A stretch of 32,000 nucleotides of DNA from Opitutales bacterium. Its GTDB lineage: Bacteria; Verrucomicrobiota; Verrucomicrobiia; Opitutales; Coraliomargaritaceae. Location of the stretch: assembly GCA_049606355.1 (NCBI GenBank), contig JBMYVL010000008.1, positions 1-32,000 of the forward strand. The letters are read 5' to 3'. The translations under genes and the position numbers were made by a program. Within the stretch, counting starts at the first letter, position 1, and each line of letters starts with the position of its first letter. Positions 1 to 11,214 of the stretch are shown one piece after another. Below the pieces are notes generated by a model. The model made no database searches. It was given only the letters and a program-made list of their open reading frames with translations, and was not told the origin of the DNA.

Positions 1-220
1 GGTGGAAAACGCTTCCTGGATTTTCCCTACATACGACGCCTTGGATACAGCAGCCGACATTTTCTCATTCAGAGATTCGGGTACTGCGACAGTGAGCGGT
101 TACGGAAATTATGATACTGCTTCAGGCGTGCTTACGCTCGTTCCAGAGCCATCCTCAGCCGCACTGCTGGCAGGTATGCTGGCCCTCGGTTCAGTGATGC
201 TGCGCCGCCGCGCTGCGTAA
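1..220 (+). CDS. PEP-CTERM sorting-domain protein, C-terminal fragment (5' end outside window)
   Basis: Frame 2 is open from the window edge. It ends ...[31 protein letters not shown], which is a VPEP motif, a hydrophobic helix and an RRR cluster: the tripartite PEP-CTERM signal. The GTG at position 2 in the ORF track is probably an internal codon. Confidence 0.8.
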   Translation, partial: VENASWIFPTYDALDTAADIFSFRDSGTATVSGYGNYDTASGVLTLVPEPSSAALLAGMLALGSVMLRRRAA

Positions 221-242
221 ATTTGAGCTGAATTGTTTTTCC

Positions 243-270
243 AAAGCCCCGGTTCGCCGGGGCTTTTTTG
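243..270 (+). terminator. Rho-independent terminator after the PEP-CTERM gene
   Basis: AGCCCCGG (245-252), TTCG loop, CCGGGGCT (257-264), then a T6 run to 269. Confidence 0.8.
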
Positions 271-374
271 TGCTCAAAGGGAACCTGCGTCGAGTACTGC
301 GGACTCAGCGATTGTGTATTGACCTTGCCGGGCAATCTGAAACGCTCGGCGCTCTTTTTGAATCCTTAGAACTT

Positions 375-1253
375 ATGTCCAAACCCATCCTCATCCTTCT
401 TGCGGCGCTCCTAGCGGCCGCTGCCTATGTTTTTTATACCAAGGACGCGCCGGCGCCGAGTGCAGACGACGCGGTCGTGGAGACGCCTGCCGCGGACGCT
501 ACGGACGCTGCTACGGGCGACGAGGCCGAGGCTGCCGCCGAGCCAGTTGCGGCCGACACTGCGCCGGAGGAAAACAGCCAAGCGCACCTGATCGAGGCCT
601 TTGCCTACTTCAGCACCTTTCAATCCGGCTACCAGGCCTTTGGCTTTGGGGTCGACGATGCCGCGGCGATCACCAAGGGGGTGACACAGGCGCTCGCAGA
701 TGCCGAACCTTCCGAAGCGATGATTGCACTGATCCAAAGCCCGGAGTTCCAGGCCTTCATGCAGCCTCGTACGGAGGCTGCCCAAGCCGAAGCGGCCGCA
801 GCACAGGCTGAAGCGCAAGCCGCAGCGGAAGCCGCGGCGGCTGAGGCAGGGAAAGAGAACCGTGCCGCGGGGCAGGCCTTTATTGCTGCCCTGCAGGAGG
901 ATGCGGGTGTCCAGTCCACTGAGTCCGGGTTGCACTACAAGATTCTTGAGCCGGGTGAGGGCGACCTGCCTGCGCTGACCGATACGGTGTTGGTCCACTA
1001 TAAGGGGACGCGTATCGACGGCACTCCCTTTGACAGCTCTTACGATCGTGGCGAGCCGGCAACTTTCCCACTGAATGGTGTGGTGCCCGGTTTTGGGGAG
1101 GGGCTCACCAAGATCGCTGCAGGCGGCAAAATCATCCTCTACATCCCCAGCGAGCTGGGCTACGGCAACACGCCGCGCCCCGGCGGCGCGATTCAGCCCG
1201 GCGATACGCTGGTGTTCGAATGCGAGCTGCTGGAGATCAACCCGGGTAGCTAG
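375..1253 (+). CDS. FKBP-type peptidyl-prolyl cis-trans isomerase (FkpA/Mip-like), N-terminal membrane anchor or signal
   Basis: The C-terminal FKBP domain reads [40 protein letters not shown]...[11 protein letters not shown]...[11 protein letters not shown] set the start at ATG 375 ([20 protein letters not shown]) rather than the ORF-track start at 270. There is an Ala/Glu/Gln-rich linker. Confidence 0.85.
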   Translation: MSKPILILLAALLAAAAYVFYTKDAPAPSADDAVVETPAADATDAATGDEAEAAAEPVAADTAPEENSQAHLIEAFAYFSTFQSGYQAFGFGVDDAAAITKGVTQALADAEPSEAMIALIQSPEFQAFMQPRTEAAQAEAAAAQAEAQAAAEAAAAEAGKENRAAGQAFIAALQEDAGVQSTESGLHYKILEPGEGDLPALTDTVLVHYKGTRIDGTPFDSSYDRGEPATFPLNGVVPGFGEGLTKIAAGGKIILYIPSELGYGNTPRPGGAIQPGDTLVFECELLEINPGS

Positions 1254-1276
1254 AGCCACAGTCACCACATTTGCTG

Positions 1277-1306
1277 AAGCCCGCGTTGCAGGACGCGGGC
1301 TTTTTT
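1277..1306 (+). terminator. Rho-independent terminator after the FKBP gene
   Basis: AAGCCCGCG (1277-1285), 8-nt loop, CGCGGGCTT (1294-1302), T6 run. On the minus strand the hairpin is followed by CAGCAAAT, so it is a poor terminator for queE. Confidence 0.75.
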
Positions 1307-1322
1307 GTGTTTGGGCGCAGGC

Positions 1323-2000
1323 TTAGAAGCCCTGCTGGATGTCGCCGCCGAGCGGCGCCGGTGCTGCGCTGCGCGGGTCGAGCCGGTCGGCCGCGTAGTT
1401 TTTGTGCTGCTGCCAGCCGGCGCGGTAGGGCGCGCCGTGCTCCTTAACCCAATGGGTGACTGCATTGAGAATTGCGGGATTCTGGTGCTGCGACCACTCG
1501 GGGTGCAGCCAAACGGGAACCTGCGTCGTGGGGCAGGTGCTTTTGTACTCTGCAATTGCGTCCACGCGGTCGACGATGATCTTAAGTTCATCGGCAAGTG
1601 CCAGATTCGCTTCGAGCGGTAACTTCCAGCGCTTGGGGCTGAGGGTGATCCAGTCGAAGTCGCCTTTGATCGGAAATGCACCGCTGGTTTCGAGGTGGAC
1701 GGGTTGCCCGACTGCCTGCAGCGCGTCAGTCAAGGCGCGCAAGTCATGGATGGTGGGCTCGCCGCCGGTGATCACGGTGAACTCTGCTGCGCTCGCTGCG
1801 GCCGCGGCGGCGAGCGTCGCCACCTCGAGCCGCTCGATGTGCTTCGGGGTAAAATCGGGGTGCCAGGTGCCGGCGGAGTCGCACCAGGGGCAGTGCACCG
1901 GGCAGCCAAACAGGCGGATGAAGTAGGCCGCGCGCCCCGCGTGGCAGCCTTCCCCCTGGAAGCTGTAAAATTGTTCGTGGACTGGAAGCCGCTGCGTCAT
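1323..2000 (-). CDS. queE: 7-carboxy-7-deazaguanine synthase (radical SAM)
   Basis: 225 aa. The N-terminus reads [32 protein letters not shown], a QueE-type CX3CX2C cluster. It is the last gene of the queC-queD-queE run. Confidence 0.9.
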   Translation of the reverse strand: MTQRLPVHEQFYSFQGEGCHAGRAAYFIRLFGCPVHCPWCDSAGTWHPDFTPKHIERLEVATLAAAAAASAAEFTVITGGEPTIHDLRALTDALQAVGQPVHLETSGAFPIKGDFDWITLSPKRWKLPLEANLALADELKIIVDRVDAIAEYKSTCPTTQVPVWLHPEWSQHQNPAILNAVTHWVKEHGAPYRAGWQQHKNYAADRLDPRSAAPAPLGGDIQQGF

Positions 2001-2058
2001 AGCTGGTGTGGAGTGATCGTTTCGGACCCTTGGGTGCGACCTTTAGTGCCCACGCGCA

Positions 2059-2493
2059 TTATGCCTGCGCGGTATAGCAGGCCGAGTTTTTGGAGTCTTC
2101 CTGGATTTCGACCGCGGTCAGCCACGCGCGCCCCTCGGTTTGTGTGCGCACCATCGGGCCGAAGACCGCGTACAGGTGTTCAGCGAGGCCCTCGCAGCTG
2201 CAGTTGGGCAGCACATAGGCTTTGAATACGGGGCCGAACTGCTCGAGCAGGCGGTCCTTTTCGGGGTCGTCGGCGTTGAACAGGCAGGCGTGGTCGAGCT
2301 GGCTGTCGATCCACTCCTTGAGGTAGTTGAGTTTGCCGAAGTCGACGACAAAGCCATTGGCGTCGGTCGCACGACAGGCAAAGGTCAGCGTAATCGACCA
2401 GTTGTGCCCGTGGATGAGGGCGCAGTGCCCCTCATGGCGGTGCTGGCGGTGCGCAAACGGGATATCGCGGTAGGTTTTCGTACAGGTAAGCAT
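2059..2493 (-). CDS. queD: 6-carboxy-5,6,7,8-tetrahydropterin synthase
   Basis: 144 aa from ATG (cat at 2491-2493): [38 protein letters not shown]...DFG, with PTPS/QueD His and Cys motifs. The ORF-track extension to 2934 overlaps queC and is rejected. Confidence 0.9.
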   Translation of the reverse strand: MLTCTKTYRDIPFAHRQHRHEGHCALIHGHNWSITLTFACRATDANGFVVDFGKLNYLKEWIDSQLDHACLFNADDPEKDRLLEQFGPVFKAYVLPNCSCEGLAEHLYAVFGPMVRTQTEGRAWLTAVEIQEDSKNSACYTAQA

Positions 2494-2557
2494 TTGAAAA
2501 AGGGAGTGCGTTTGGCTGCGGTGTTTTGGGTGCTTGCTTGCTGTGCTTGGAGCGCAG

Positions 2558-3259
2558 TTACAGTCTCCAGTTGTTCGCGCGGAGTTCTGCCACGCTGGGT
2601 GCATCGCTTGCATAGGGTGTCGGGTCGGCAACGCCGGCCAGATCGAAGGCTTCGCGGCGCTCAATACAGGTACCGCAGCGCCCGCAGTGCAGCGCTTCGC
2701 CCTTGTAGCAGGACCAGGTTTGCGCAAAGGGCACCTGCAGTGCTGCGCCGCGGCGGACGATGTCGGCCTTGGACCAGTCGACGAAGGGACGCTCGAGGCG
2801 GATCGCGCTCCAGTCGCAGAGCTGCATCGCGCTTGCCATGGCATCGGCAAACTCATTGCGGCAATCCGGATAGATCGCATGGTCGCCGCTGTGGGCGGCG
2901 TAGGCCACCTGAGTGGCACCGATTGACAGCGCATGCCCCGTGGCGATGGCGAGTAGGATCATGTTACGATTGGGCACCACGGTACTCTTCATGCTCGCTT
3001 CGGTGTAATGCCCCTCGGCGACCGCAATCTCCGGTGAGGTTAAGCTGCTGCCGGCGAGCAGCGGTTGGATTGCGCTCAGATCGGCGGTGTGGTGGGGCAC
3101 CCCGCTTGCGGCACAAATCGCTGCAGCTTGCTGCAATTCGCAGCGGTGGCGCTGCCCGTAATCGACCGACAGCGCGTGTACCGACTGTCCGGCTGCCTGC
3201 AGGTGCGCCAGAAGGACGGTGGAGTCGAGCCCACCGGAGTAAATGAGTACGGTTTTCAT
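2558..3259 (-). CDS. queC: 7-cyano-7-deazaguanine synthase
   Basis: 233 aa from ATG (cat at 3257-3259): [20 protein letters not shown]..., the SGGxDS PP-loop. The C-terminal zinc cysteines read [22 protein letters not shown]. The ORF-track extension to 3412 is rejected. Confidence 0.9.
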   Translation of the reverse strand: MKTVLIYSGGLDSTVLLAHLQAAGQSVHALSVDYGQRHRCELQQAAAICAASGVPHHTADLSAIQPLLAGSSLTSPEIAVAEGHYTEASMKSTVVPNRNMILLAIATGHALSIGATQVAYAAHSGDHAIYPDCRNEFADAMASAMQLCDWSAIRLERPFVDWSKADIVRRGAALQVPFAQTWSCYKGEALHCGRCGTCIERREAFDLAGVADPTPYASDAPSVAELRANNWRL

Positions 3260-3380
3260 GAATTCAGTCGTTGCCGGATGCTTGCGGCGCCCTGGGAATT
3301 CCTTAGCAGGGCGAGATCTGCCCTCGACCTTGAGCGGCGCGCGCGCGGGAGCAAGTTTAAAGAGGGACTCACACTCGATC

Positions 3381-3408
3381 TTGACAAGACCAGCCAGCAC
3401 TTTACTTT
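3381..3408 (+). promoter_or_regulatory. Candidate sigma70-type promoter for nusA
   Basis: Perfect TTGACA at 3381-3386, a 16-nt spacer, then TACTTT at 3403-3408. The -35 hexamer sits in the palindrome TCTTG-A-CAAGA, so the other strand reads TTGTCA, a possible divergent queC promoter element. This rests on pattern only. Confidence 0.3.
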
Positions 3409-3441
3409 CCACGCTTCACATCAAAACCCAGCAATCAGAAA

Positions 3442-3470
3442 AGCGGGCATGCCTCGCTTTTTTTATTTTC
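3442..3470 (+). terminator. Terminator-like hairpin plus T-tract in the nusA leader (attenuator candidate)
   Basis: AGCGGG (3442-3447) pairs with CC-CGCT (3452-3458) with T3454 bulged and loop CATG. It is followed by TTTTTTTATTTT (3458-3469). The nusA ATG is at 3479. Confidence 0.35.
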
Positions 3471-3478
3471 TGCACGCA

Positions 3479-4729
3479 ATGAGCCACGAAATACTTTCAG
3501 TTTTAGAATACATGGAGAAGGAGAAAGGGATCGGTCGCCAAGACATGATCGCCGCCATCTCGACCGCCATCGCCGGCGCCGCTCAAAAAGGAGTGGGTGC
3601 GGGGCAGGATATCCGTGTGGAAATCAATCCCAAGACCGGCGCCTTAAAGGCCTGGAGCATTCTCAATGTGGTGGATTCGGTGAGTGATTCCGCGCTGGAA
3701 ATTCATATCGAAAAGGCCCGCCAAATCGATGCCAGCGCTGAAATTGGCAGCGTGATTGAGAAGGAAATCGATCCGGCCTATCTCGGCCGTATTGCGGCAC
3801 AGACTGCCCGCCAAGCGATCATGCAGCGGATTCGTCAATTTGAGAAAGACCGCATCTACGACGATTACAAAGACACGGTCGGCGATATCGTTACCGGTAC
3901 GGTGCGCCGTCGGGAACGGGGCGATTTGATCATCGATTTGGGCAAGGCAGAAGCCATTCTGCCGCCCCGCGAGCGCGTGCCCGGCGAGGATTATTCCCCC
4001 GGTGAAAGCATCCGCTGCCTGCTGCTTAAGATCGAGCAAACCAGTCGCGGCCCGGACATCATTTTATCGCGTTCGAATATAAATTTCGTGCGCCGTCTGT
4101 TTGAGCTCGAAGTCACTGAAATCGCGGACGGTACCGTCAGCATTGAGGCGATGGCGCGCGAGGCCGGCTATCGCACCAAGATTGCCGTGCACAGCACCGA
4201 TCCAAAAGTAGATCCGGTCGGTGCCTGTGTGGGCGCGCGCGGTGCACGAGTGAAGACGATTGTACGCGAACTCGGCGGTGAAAAGATCGACATCATTCGC
4301 TACCACAGTGATCCGATCGAATTACTCGAAGAGGCGCTCAAGCCAGCGATCCCTAAGAACATTCGCAGCAATGAGGCTGAGCGACGCATTCACTTTGAAG
4401 TCGCCGAAGACGACTTATCCATCGCGATCGGGCGCCGCGGCTTCAACGCCAAGTTGACCTCGCGCTTGCTGGGCTGGAAGTTGGATATCGGCAAGGAAGA
4501 GAAGGAAGCCGTAGGTTTTGATGAGAAAATCGCCAAGGCAGTCCAAGGAATTAACATGATCCCGGGCATCGAGCCTGCACTGGCGGAACGCTTGGTGACG
4601 ATTGGTTTGGTCAGTCCGGAAGCCTTCGAAGGTGTATCGGCGGCTGACTTAGTCGATGCCGGCTTTACTCAAGAAGAAGCCGATGCTGTCGTCGCCAAGG
4701 TGGCGGCCTATTTGCAACAAGGTGCCTAA
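3479..4729 (+). CDS. nusA: Transcription termination/antitermination factor NusA
   Basis: 416 aa from ATG 3479: [18 protein letters not shown]... Architecture is an S1 domain, two KH domains and a C-terminal HhH-like tail, with infB immediately downstream. An in-frame ATG at 3449 is an alternative start. The ORF-track start at 3065 is antisense to queC and is rejected. Confidence 0.9.
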   Translation: MSHEILSVLEYMEKEKGIGRQDMIAAISTAIAGAAQKGVGAGQDIRVEINPKTGALKAWSILNVVDSVSDSALEIHIEKARQIDASAEIGSVIEKEIDPAYLGRIAAQTARQAIMQRIRQFEKDRIYDDYKDTVGDIVTGTVRRRERGDLIIDLGKAEAILPPRERVPGEDYSPGESIRCLLLKIEQTSRGPDIILSRSNINFVRRLFELEVTEIADGTVSIEAMAREAGYRTKIAVHSTDPKVDPVGACVGARGARVKTIVRELGGEKIDIIRYHSDPIELLEEALKPAIPKNIRSNEAERRIHFEVAEDDLSIAIGRRGFNAKLTSRLLGWKLDIGKEEKEAVGFDEKIAKAVQGINMIPGIEPALAERLVTIGLVSPEAFEGVSAADLVDAGFTQEEADAVVAKVAAYLQQGA

Positions 4730-4772
4730 TCACTTACCTGCTAATCAACCCGAGGTCGTAATTTAAGAATAC

Positions 4773-7157
4773 ATGAGCGTTCGCATACACCAGCTGTCTA
4801 AACAAATCGGAATGGAAAACAAAGAGCTGCTCCAGCTCTTGCGCGAGCGTGGGTTCGAAGTAAAGAGTGCTTCGAGTACGATCGACAATATTTCCGCCGA
4901 GTCGCTGGTGGAGGAGTTTGCTGCGAAGGCAGCGCCCGCAGAGCCAAGCGAAGCTCCCGCTGAAGCGAACGAAAAGCCCAAGGGCCCCGTTCTCCCTGAA
5001 GGCGTGTTTGTGAAAAGTAAGGCAGATATCGAGCAGGAACGCGAAGCGAAGGCGGCTGAGTCCGCTCAGGCAAAAGCCAGCGCTGCACCGAAGGCAGCAG
5101 CACCCGCCAAGCCTGCACCGCCAGCGGCGCCACCGGTCAAGGCGCCTCCTGCTACGCCGCCGATGCCGAAGGCACCCGTTGCCGCGAAAGCACCTCCTGC
5201 CGTACCGCCGGTTGCGCCCAAGGCACCTCCAATGGCCACTGCCGGGCAACCACCGGCTGCGCCCGCCGCAGCTCCTGCGGGGCCGCCGCAACCACCGGTC
5301 GCTTCGGAAGCGGGGGAATCGACTGAGGCGCAAGCTTCCACGGAGGAAAGCTCCGCGGAGGCAAAGGTCCTGCACGTGAAACCACCGATTGTGGTGCGTG
5401 ACTTTGCCGTCGAGCTCGGCCTCAAGCCGTTCAAGCTGATCTCCGAGCTGATGGAGATGGGAATTTTCGCCTCGATGAATCAGACCATTGAGGAGCCGAC
5501 CGCGATCACACTGGCGCAGCACCATGGCTTTACTTTAGAGATCCATCACCGTGGGGAGCAGGCTGACAGTGGTTCCGCGAAGAAGGTGGAGAAAAAGATT
5601 GATGAAGATGATCCCAAATTCCTCAAGCCGCGCGCACCCGTCGTGTGTATCTTAGGGCACGTGGATCACGGCAAGACCACTTTATTGGATACCATCCGCA
5701 AGGCCAACGTGACTGCAGGTGAAGCCGGCGGAATCACCCAGCACATCGGGGCGTATCAAATCGAGCACAACAACGAGAAAATCACCTTCATTGACACACC
5801 GGGGCACGCGGCCTTCTCGATGATGCGTGCGCGTGGCGCCAACGTAACCGATATTGCGGTGCTGGTGATTGCCGCGGATGATGCCTTTAAACCACAGACT
5901 GAAGAGGCGCTTAAATTTGCCCAGCAGGCCAACAACGCCATCGTCGTAGCGATTAACAAGATCGATGCCAAGGGCGCGAATGTGGATCGTGTGAAGCAGC
6001 AGATGCAGGAAAAGGGCATCGCTCCGGAAGACTGGGGTGGAGAAACCGTTACAGTCGAGGTCTCCGCGATCAACGGTACCAATATTGATGATTTACTGGA
6101 TATGATTCTGCTGCAAGCAGAGGTCATGGAGCTCAAGGCCAATCCGAGCTGCCCGCCATCGGGTATCGTGGTTGAGTCGCAAATTGAGCAAGGGCGCGGC
6201 GCCACCGCTTCGGTGATTGTTGAAAAAGGCACCTTGAAAAAGGGCGATGCACTCTTGTGTGGCGAAGTCTACTGCCGCGTGAAGTCATTATTGGACGACA
6301 AGGGCCAACTCTTGAAGTCCGCGCCACCGGCGACACCGGTTAAAGTGCTGGGGTGGTCCGGCGTGCCCGCGGCAGGCGATCGTTTTACCAGCGAAAAGAA
6401 TGAGAAGCTCGCCAAGCGTGCGGCTGAGGAGATTACCTACCAGCGCAAGCGCGAGGCAAGTGCCAAGCAGGAGGATGAAGCCAAGCAGGCGGGCGGTCCG
6501 ACCGTGGATGACCTGTTTGCAGCGATTGAGAAGCAGCAAAAGAAGTGCTTACGCCTGATCATCAAGTCGGATGTACATGGCTCCGCCGAGGCCTTGGCCA
6601 ATGCGCTCAGTGAGATTGAGAGCGACAAGGTTGATTTGGATATCATTCACGTCGGTGTGGGTAACATCACCAAGAACGATGTGACGCTGGCGAGCGCCGG
6701 CGATTGCTGTATTGTTGGCTTTAATGTGCGCCTGGATAACGGTGTGCAAAGTGTCGCGAAACACCACGACATCCGCATCCTTCAACACGAAATCATTTAC
6801 GAGCTCCTCGAGCAGGTGGAGGACGAAATGGTCGGCATGCTCGATGCGGAACTCAGCGAGAAGAAAGTCGGTGCGGCTGAAGTGCGGCAAGTGTTCCCTA
6901 TGGGCAAGGGCCGTTATGTGGCGGGTTGTATGGTCACCGAGGGTACGATCAATCGCTCCCACAAAGCACGTCTGGTACGTGGTGGCGAAGTGATCCACGA
7001 AAGCAAGATCGATACGCTACGGCGCTTTAAGGATGACGTCAAAGAGGTGCGCGCCGGTTACGAGTGTGGTATCAATGTGGAGGGTTACGACGATTACCAG
7101 GAAGGTGATATCATCGAATGTATTTCAGTTGAGAAGATCCGCCCCTCCCTGCGTTAA
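4773..7157 (+). CDS. infB: Translation initiation factor IF-2
   Basis: 794 aa. The GTPase domain reads [19 protein letters not shown] and NKID. The N-terminal region is Pro/Ala/Lys-rich low complexity (about 5060-5300), as in many IF-2 proteins. Confidence 0.95.
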   Translation: MSVRIHQLSKQIGMENKELLQLLRERGFEVKSASSTIDNISAESLVEEFAAKAAPAEPSEAPAEANEKPKGPVLPEGVFVKSKADIEQEREAKAAESAQAKASAAPKAAAPAKPAPPAAPPVKAPPATPPMPKAPVAAKAPPAVPPVAPKAPPMATAGQPPAAPAAAPAGPPQPPVASEAGESTEAQASTEESSAEAKVLHVKPPIVVRDFAVELGLKPFKLISELMEMGIFASMNQTIEEPTAITLAQHHGFTLEIHHRGEQADSGSAKKVEKKIDEDDPKFLKPRAPVVCILGHVDHGKTTLLDTIRKANVTAGEAGGITQHIGAYQIEHNNEKITFIDTPGHAAFSMMRARGANVTDIAVLVIAADDAFKPQTEEALKFAQQANNAIVVAINKIDAKGANVDRVKQQMQEKGIAPEDWGGETVTVEVSAINGTNIDDLLDMILLQAEVMELKANPSCPPSGIVVESQIEQGRGATASVIVEKGTLKKGDALLCGEVYCRVKSLLDDKGQLLKSAPPATPVKVLGWSGVPAAGDRFTSEKNEKLAKRAAEEITYQRKREASAKQEDEAKQAGGPTVDDLFAAIEKQQKKCLRLIIKSDVHGSAEALANALSEIESDKVDLDIIHVGVGNITKNDVTLASAGDCCIVGFNVRLDNGVQSVAKHHDIRILQHEIIYELLEQVEDEMVGMLDAELSEKKVGAAEVRQVFPMGKGRYVAGCMVTEGTINRSHKARLVRGGEVIHESKIDTLRRFKDDVKEVRAGYECGINVEGYDDYQEGDIIECISVEKIRPSLR

Positions 7158-7246
7158 GTGCTTTGCCTTGGGCGCCTCGACTCAGTTTTCTCCCTAACGG
7201 ATGCAGCACTGCATTCGAGTGTTTGAATTGTTAACCTTTTTGCCAC

Positions 7247-7600
7247 GTGTCGAAACGCATCTCACGAGTGAATGAACTGCTGCAGCGCGAGGTGAGCGAA
7301 CAGTTGCGCCGCCGCTACCGCTCGGCGGCGACACGCATTACAATCAGCAGTGTCGAGACCAGTACCGACTTGCGTAATGCCAGCATCTATTACTCGGTAA
7401 TCGGCGATGCGGCGGATGTCGAAGCAGCGCAGGCGCTCTTCCGTAAAGTGGGCCGAGAGTTGCGCCAACGGGTCAGTCAGCGCGTGGTGCTGAAATATTT
7501 TCCACAGTTTGAGTATACCTACGATCCCTCCATGGCGCGTGGGGCACACTTACTCGATATTATGGATCAATTGGATGAGGAGCAACACGATGAAGACTAG
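7247..7600 (+). CDS. rbfA: Ribosome-binding factor A
   Basis: 117 aa, GTG start. [14 protein letters not shown]...RNASIYYSV...[12 protein letters not shown] is typical RbfA, in the canonical position after infB. Confidence 0.9.
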   Translation: MSKRISRVNELLQREVSEQLRRRYRSAATRITISSVETSTDLRNASIYYSVIGDAADVEAAQALFRKVGRELRQRVSQRVVLKYFPQFEYTYDPSMARGAHLLDIMDQLDEEQHDED

Positions 7601-8597
7601 TTATTTCCCGGAAGAGAGCGCACGCTTTGCTGCCGCCGTAGAATCCTTTAAAGGCCGTAAGGTCGCAGTTATTGGGCACGTGCGGCCGGATGGTGATTGT
7701 ATCGGATCGATTGTTGCGGTGACCCGTCTACTGAACTCGATGGGAGTCGAAGCCGTGGGCGTGAATCGCGATCCGGTCCCGGAAAACCTGCAGGCCTTCC
7801 TGGGGGATACTCCCTTCGTACAAGCGGACGCGCTGGAGCCCGATGGGCACTTGGCGGTCACGGTTGACTGTGCCGACTACAAGCGTATCGGGGAGCGGCT
7901 CGCAGAGCTCTTCCCGGAAATCGCGCTGAATATTGATCACCATATTTCCAATAAGAACTATGCGAATGAAAACATTGTGATTGGGACGGCCTGCGCGACT
8001 GCCGAGATCTTGGCGGGTTTCTACCTCGACAATGATTATGGTTTTGATCCTTACATTGCACAAAATCTGTATGTCGGCATCGCGACGGATACCGGCCAGT
8101 TCCGCTTTCCTTCGACGACTCCGGCGACGTTTGAAATCGCGCGGCAGTTGTGTGAGCATGGGGCGCACCCGTCGGAAGCCGCCTTCGAACTCTACGAGAA
8201 TGAAAGCTTCGCCAAGATTAAGCTGCTACAGAGCTTCTTAGCCTCCTTGCAGATGGAGTTTAATAACCGCGTCTGTGTCGGCCTCATTGAGAATGGTGTG
8301 TATGAGGCCTGCGGTGCGGGTGTGGATGATTCCGAAGGCTTGGTGGATTATGCCCGTGCGATTAAAGGCGTGGATATCGGCGTCTTGCTGGAGGATCGTG
8401 ACGGCTCGCTGAAGGGCAGTCTGCGAGCCAAGGATCCGTTTTACCGAGTGGATCAAGTCGCTAAATTATTCAACGGCGGCGGGCATGCCTGTGCGGCTGG
8501 CTTGAATGTAGAAGATAGCTCCATCGCTGAATTCCTCCCTGAGTTACTCGCGGCGATCGGTCAACATTTGGATGCCTTGGGTCAGCCGCAGGCTTAG
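7590..8597 (+). CDS. nrnA: DHH/DHHA1 phosphoesterase (NrnA-like oligoribonuclease/pAp phosphatase)
   Basis: Start ATG 7590 (MKTSYFPEE...) overlaps the rbfA 3' end by 11 nt. Motifs are [20 protein letters not shown] and DHHA1 GGGHACAAG. Confidence 0.85.
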   Translation: MKTSYFPEESARFAAAVESFKGRKVAVIGHVRPDGDCIGSIVAVTRLLNSMGVEAVGVNRDPVPENLQAFLGDTPFVQADALEPDGHLAVTVDCADYKRIGERLAELFPEIALNIDHHISNKNYANENIVIGTACATAEILAGFYLDNDYGFDPYIAQNLYVGIATDTGQFRFPSTTPATFEIARQLCEHGAHPSEAAFELYENESFAKIKLLQSFLASLQMEFNNRVCVGLIENGVYEACGAGVDDSEGLVDYARAIKGVDIGVLLEDRDGSLKGSLRAKDPFYRVDQVAKLFNGGGHACAAGLNVEDSSIAEFLPELLAAIGQHLDALGQPQA

Positions 8598-8620
8598 GTG
8601 AGAAGCAGAAGACATTGAGT

Positions 8621-9337
8621 ATGAGTGACGATCCGGAAGGTATTTTACTGGTAGATAAGCCGCAGGGCATCACTTCGCACGACGTGGTGGACCGCGTGCG
8701 CCGCATCTATCGAATGAAAAAAGTGGGTCATGCCGGCACCTTGGATCCCATGGCGACCGGTTTGATGCTGATCCTCGTAGGCAAGGCGACCAAGGTATCG
8801 CAGTACCTCATGAGTATGGATAAAGAGTATACGGGCACCCTGCGACTCGGCCAGGTGACGGATTCTCAAGATGCCGATGGAGCGGTGATCGAGGAACAAC
8901 CGGTACCGGAATTGACGGAAGCTCAAGTGCGCGAACAGATGCAGGGCTTCCTGGGCGATCAATATCAGACGCCTCCGATGTACTCGGCGAAGAAGGTCAA
9001 TGGCCAGCCACTGTATAAGCTCGCCCGCAAGGGCAAGACGGTGCCGCGCGAGCCGCGCGTGATTCATATCAGCCACTTTGAGATGACGGGGATGCAACTG
9101 CCGGAGCTGTCGTTTGTCGTCGGTTGCAGCAAAGGTGCCTATATCCGCACAATTGCGCATGACTTGGGGGCCAAAATTGGCTGTGGGGCGCATTTGAATG
9201 TGTTACGACGAACTGCTGTCGGTAAGTTTCGTATCGAAACGGCTGCTACGCTGGAGGAGCTCAACGAGGCCTCACCAACCGCACTGCGCAAAAAATTAAT
9301 ACCTGTCCTGCAGGCGGTTCCGAGCCACGCCCTGTGA
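8621..9337 (+). CDS. truB: tRNA pseudouridine(55) synthase
   Basis: [41 protein letters not shown] carries the catalytic Asp motif. I prefer ATG 8621 over the TTG at 8615 used by the ORF track. Confidence 0.9.
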   Translation: MSDDPEGILLVDKPQGITSHDVVDRVRRIYRMKKVGHAGTLDPMATGLMLILVGKATKVSQYLMSMDKEYTGTLRLGQVTDSQDADGAVIEEQPVPELTEAQVREQMQGFLGDQYQTPPMYSAKKVNGQPLYKLARKGKTVPREPRVIHISHFEMTGMQLPELSFVVGCSKGAYIRTIAHDLGAKIGCGAHLNVLRRTAVGKFRIETAATLEELNEASPTALRKKLIPVLQAVPSHAL

Positions 9338-9341
9338 TCCT

Positions 9342-10286
9342 GTGAAACTACCTGCCAGTGTTGATGACTTTGCCGCGCTAGAGGCTCTCGAGCGTCCCTT
9401 GCATTTGGCAATTGGGGTATTCGATGGGGTGCACCTCGGGCACAAGGCAGTGATTGAATCGGCGGTATTTTCGGCCCAGCGCTGCGGAGGGCTGAGCGCG
9501 GTGTTAACTTTTGATCCGCATCCGAGTCGCCTGTTTCGACCCGAGAGCCCAACGCAACTGATTCTCCCGATCGAGTCAAAAGCGTCGCTGTTACAGGCGA
9601 TTGGTGTCGATGTGATGATCCGCAAGCGTTTCGATCGAAGTTATGCAGCGATCCCTGCCGGTGATTTTTTGGCGAGCCTTCAACGAGCACTGCCATCTTT
9701 GGTAGCCATTTATGTGGGCTCCAATTTTCGCTTCGGCCAACAGCGCGCCGGTGATGTACAAACCTTGGTTGAGACGGGGCAGGAACTGGGTCTCGAAGTG
9801 TTTAGTGTGGATCGCATTCAGTACAATGGTCAGCCGATTAGTAGTACGCGCATTCGAGAGGAGTTAGCGCAGGGATCCATTGCCTCCGCTAACGCCTTAC
9901 TGGGTTATAACTATGCAACGAGGGGTTCTGTGGTTGCCGGTGCGAAGCTAGGGCGCAGCATCGGCTTTCCGACTTTGAATGTGCCATGGGAGCCGGAATG
10001 CCAACCACGCTTTGGCGTCTACTTCGTGCGCTTTCGAAGTGTGAATGAAGCGAGTTGGCAGCCTGCGGTGGCCAATTACGGTGTGCGGCCAACGGTCAGC
10101 GAGGCGCAACGTCCGCTACTGGAAGTGCATGCGCTGGAGACGACAGCGCTGACTGTCGGTGCAACGATTGAAGTGGAGTGGCTGCATTTCATCCGGCCGG
10201 AACAAGCGTTTGACAGCATCGATGCGCTGCGCGCACAGATTGCTGAAGATTGCGCGAAGGCCCAAACATTGGCGAAGCATGGCTGA
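9342..10286 (+). CDS. ribF: Bifunctional riboflavin kinase / FMN adenylyltransferase
   Basis: 314 aa, GTG start 4 nt after the truB stop. The nucleotidyltransferase motif is [13 protein letters not shown]. The C-terminal riboflavin kinase region reads GFPTLN...GVY. Confidence 0.9.
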   Translation: MKLPASVDDFAALEALERPLHLAIGVFDGVHLGHKAVIESAVFSAQRCGGLSAVLTFDPHPSRLFRPESPTQLILPIESKASLLQAIGVDVMIRKRFDRSYAAIPAGDFLASLQRALPSLVAIYVGSNFRFGQQRAGDVQTLVETGQELGLEVFSVDRIQYNGQPISSTRIREELAQGSIASANALLGYNYATRGSVVAGAKLGRSIGFPTLNVPWEPECQPRFGVYFVRFRSVNEASWQPAVANYGVRPTVSEAQRPLLEVHALETTALTVGATIEVEWLHFIRPEQAFDSIDALRAQIAEDCAKAQTLAKHG

Positions 10287-11214
10287 GCGCGTGATTGAGT
10301 ATCAGGTGTCGGCCGACGAGGCGCAGGGTCGCGCGGACAAGTTTTTCGCGGCTCAATTTGAGGATGTGAGCCGGGCGCGCTTGCAACGGTCCTTTGATGC
10401 CGGGCAGGTGACTTTTGACGGAGCGGTCATTGATAAGCGCTTTAAGGTGACGCGCGCGGGTTGTTTGCGAGCAGTGTTAGAAGATGTGGATGCCAGTACC
10501 GGTCCGACTGCGGTGGCGATCCCGCTCGAAATTATATACGAAGACGAGGCTCTAATTGTGGTCAATAAACCGGTTGGAATGGTGACGCATCCCGGCAGTG
10601 GCACGGGAGACGATACCTTGGTGCATGCACTCTTACACCATACTGCAGGATGCTTGAGTACGGTGGGTGCGCCTGAGCGACCCGGCATTGTGCATCGCTT
10701 GGATAAGGAGACCAGCGGACTCATCATCGTGGCAAAGACCGATAGCGCACACCACAAGTTGGCAGCGGCGTTTGCTGAACGAGCCACTTTCAAACGATAC
10801 CGCGCTCTTGTTCTAGGTGTGCCGAAGCAAGCCTCCGGTAGTATCACAGAGCCGATCGGGCGGCACCCTGTCGTGCGCACGCGTATGTCGGTACAAGCTA
10901 AGGGTCGCGCCGCGCATACCGACTGGTCCGTTGAGGAGCGCTTTGGTGAAACGGCGGCTCTGGTGAGTTGTGTGATTCATACCGGACGGACGCATCAAAT
11001 ACGGGTGCACCTGAGTCATCTGAAGCACTCGTTGCTCGGTGATTCGAGTTATGGCTTTAAAGCGAATCGTTTACCCGGTGTTGCCGTGCCGCGCGTCATG
11101 TTGCATTCGACTGAGTTGCGCGTGCGCCATCCCGTGCGGGATGAGCCGATGCATTTCGAGGCGCCTCTACCGGAAGATTTTCAGCAAGTTATGGAGCAAC
11201 TGAAGCACCCGTAA
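10279..11214 (+). CDS. RluA/RluD-family 23S rRNA pseudouridine synthase
   Basis: ATG 10279 overlaps the ribF stop (ATGGCTGA). There is an S4-like N-terminus, the catalytic motif [15 protein letters not shown], and a later GRTHQIRVH. Confidence 0.85.
   Translation: MAERVIEYQVSADEAQGRADKFFAAQFEDVSRARLQRSFDAGQVTFDGAVIDKRFKVTRAGCLRAVLEDVDASTGPTAVAIPLEIIYEDEALIVVNKPVGMVTHPGSGTGDDTLVHALLHHTAGCLSTVGAPERPGIVHRLDKETSGLIIVAKTDSAHHKLAAAFAERATFKRYRALVLGVPKQASGSITEPIGRHPVVRTRMSVQAKGRAAHTDWSVEERFGETAALVSCVIHTGRTHQIRVHLSHLKHSLLGDSSYGFKANRLPGVAVPRVMLHSTELRVRHPVRDEPMHFEAPLPEDFQQVMEQLKHP

Noticed and set aside
3260-3478. Possible preQ1 riboswitch upstream of queC on the minus strand. A 5-bp hairpin AGGGC-AGATCTC-GCCCT followed by GCTAAGG briefly resembled preQ1-I.
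   Set aside because: There is no A-rich L3 tail and no pseudoknot partner at the right spacing. The element is about 50 nt from the start codon, with no terminator or Shine-Dalgarno sequestration. It does not match the preQ1-I/II/III consensus as I remember it. A covariance-model scan (Rfam preQ1 families) would settle this.
5060-5300. Repetitive KAPP/PAAP-type DNA in infB that looks like a tandem repeat.
   Set aside because: This is the Pro/Ala/Lys-rich low-complexity N-terminal linker common to IF-2 in many bacteria. It is in frame, and it is not a CRISPR array or a non-coding repeat.
411-5525. Long antisense or off-frame ORFs in the track: 411-1268(-), 629-919(-), 1262-1681(-), 2140-3246(+), 4734-5525(-), 5066-5434(-).
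   Set aside because: They are Arg/Ala/Gly/Pro-rich, which is typical of the wrong frame in GC-rich DNA. They lie fully inside well-supported genes (FKBP, queE/D/C, infB) and show no recognisable motifs.
7590-8597. nrnA inserted between rbfA and truB as a possible novelty.
   Set aside because: The nusA-infB-rbfA-nrnA arrangement is already known, for example in mycobacteria, so this is an ordinary operon variant.
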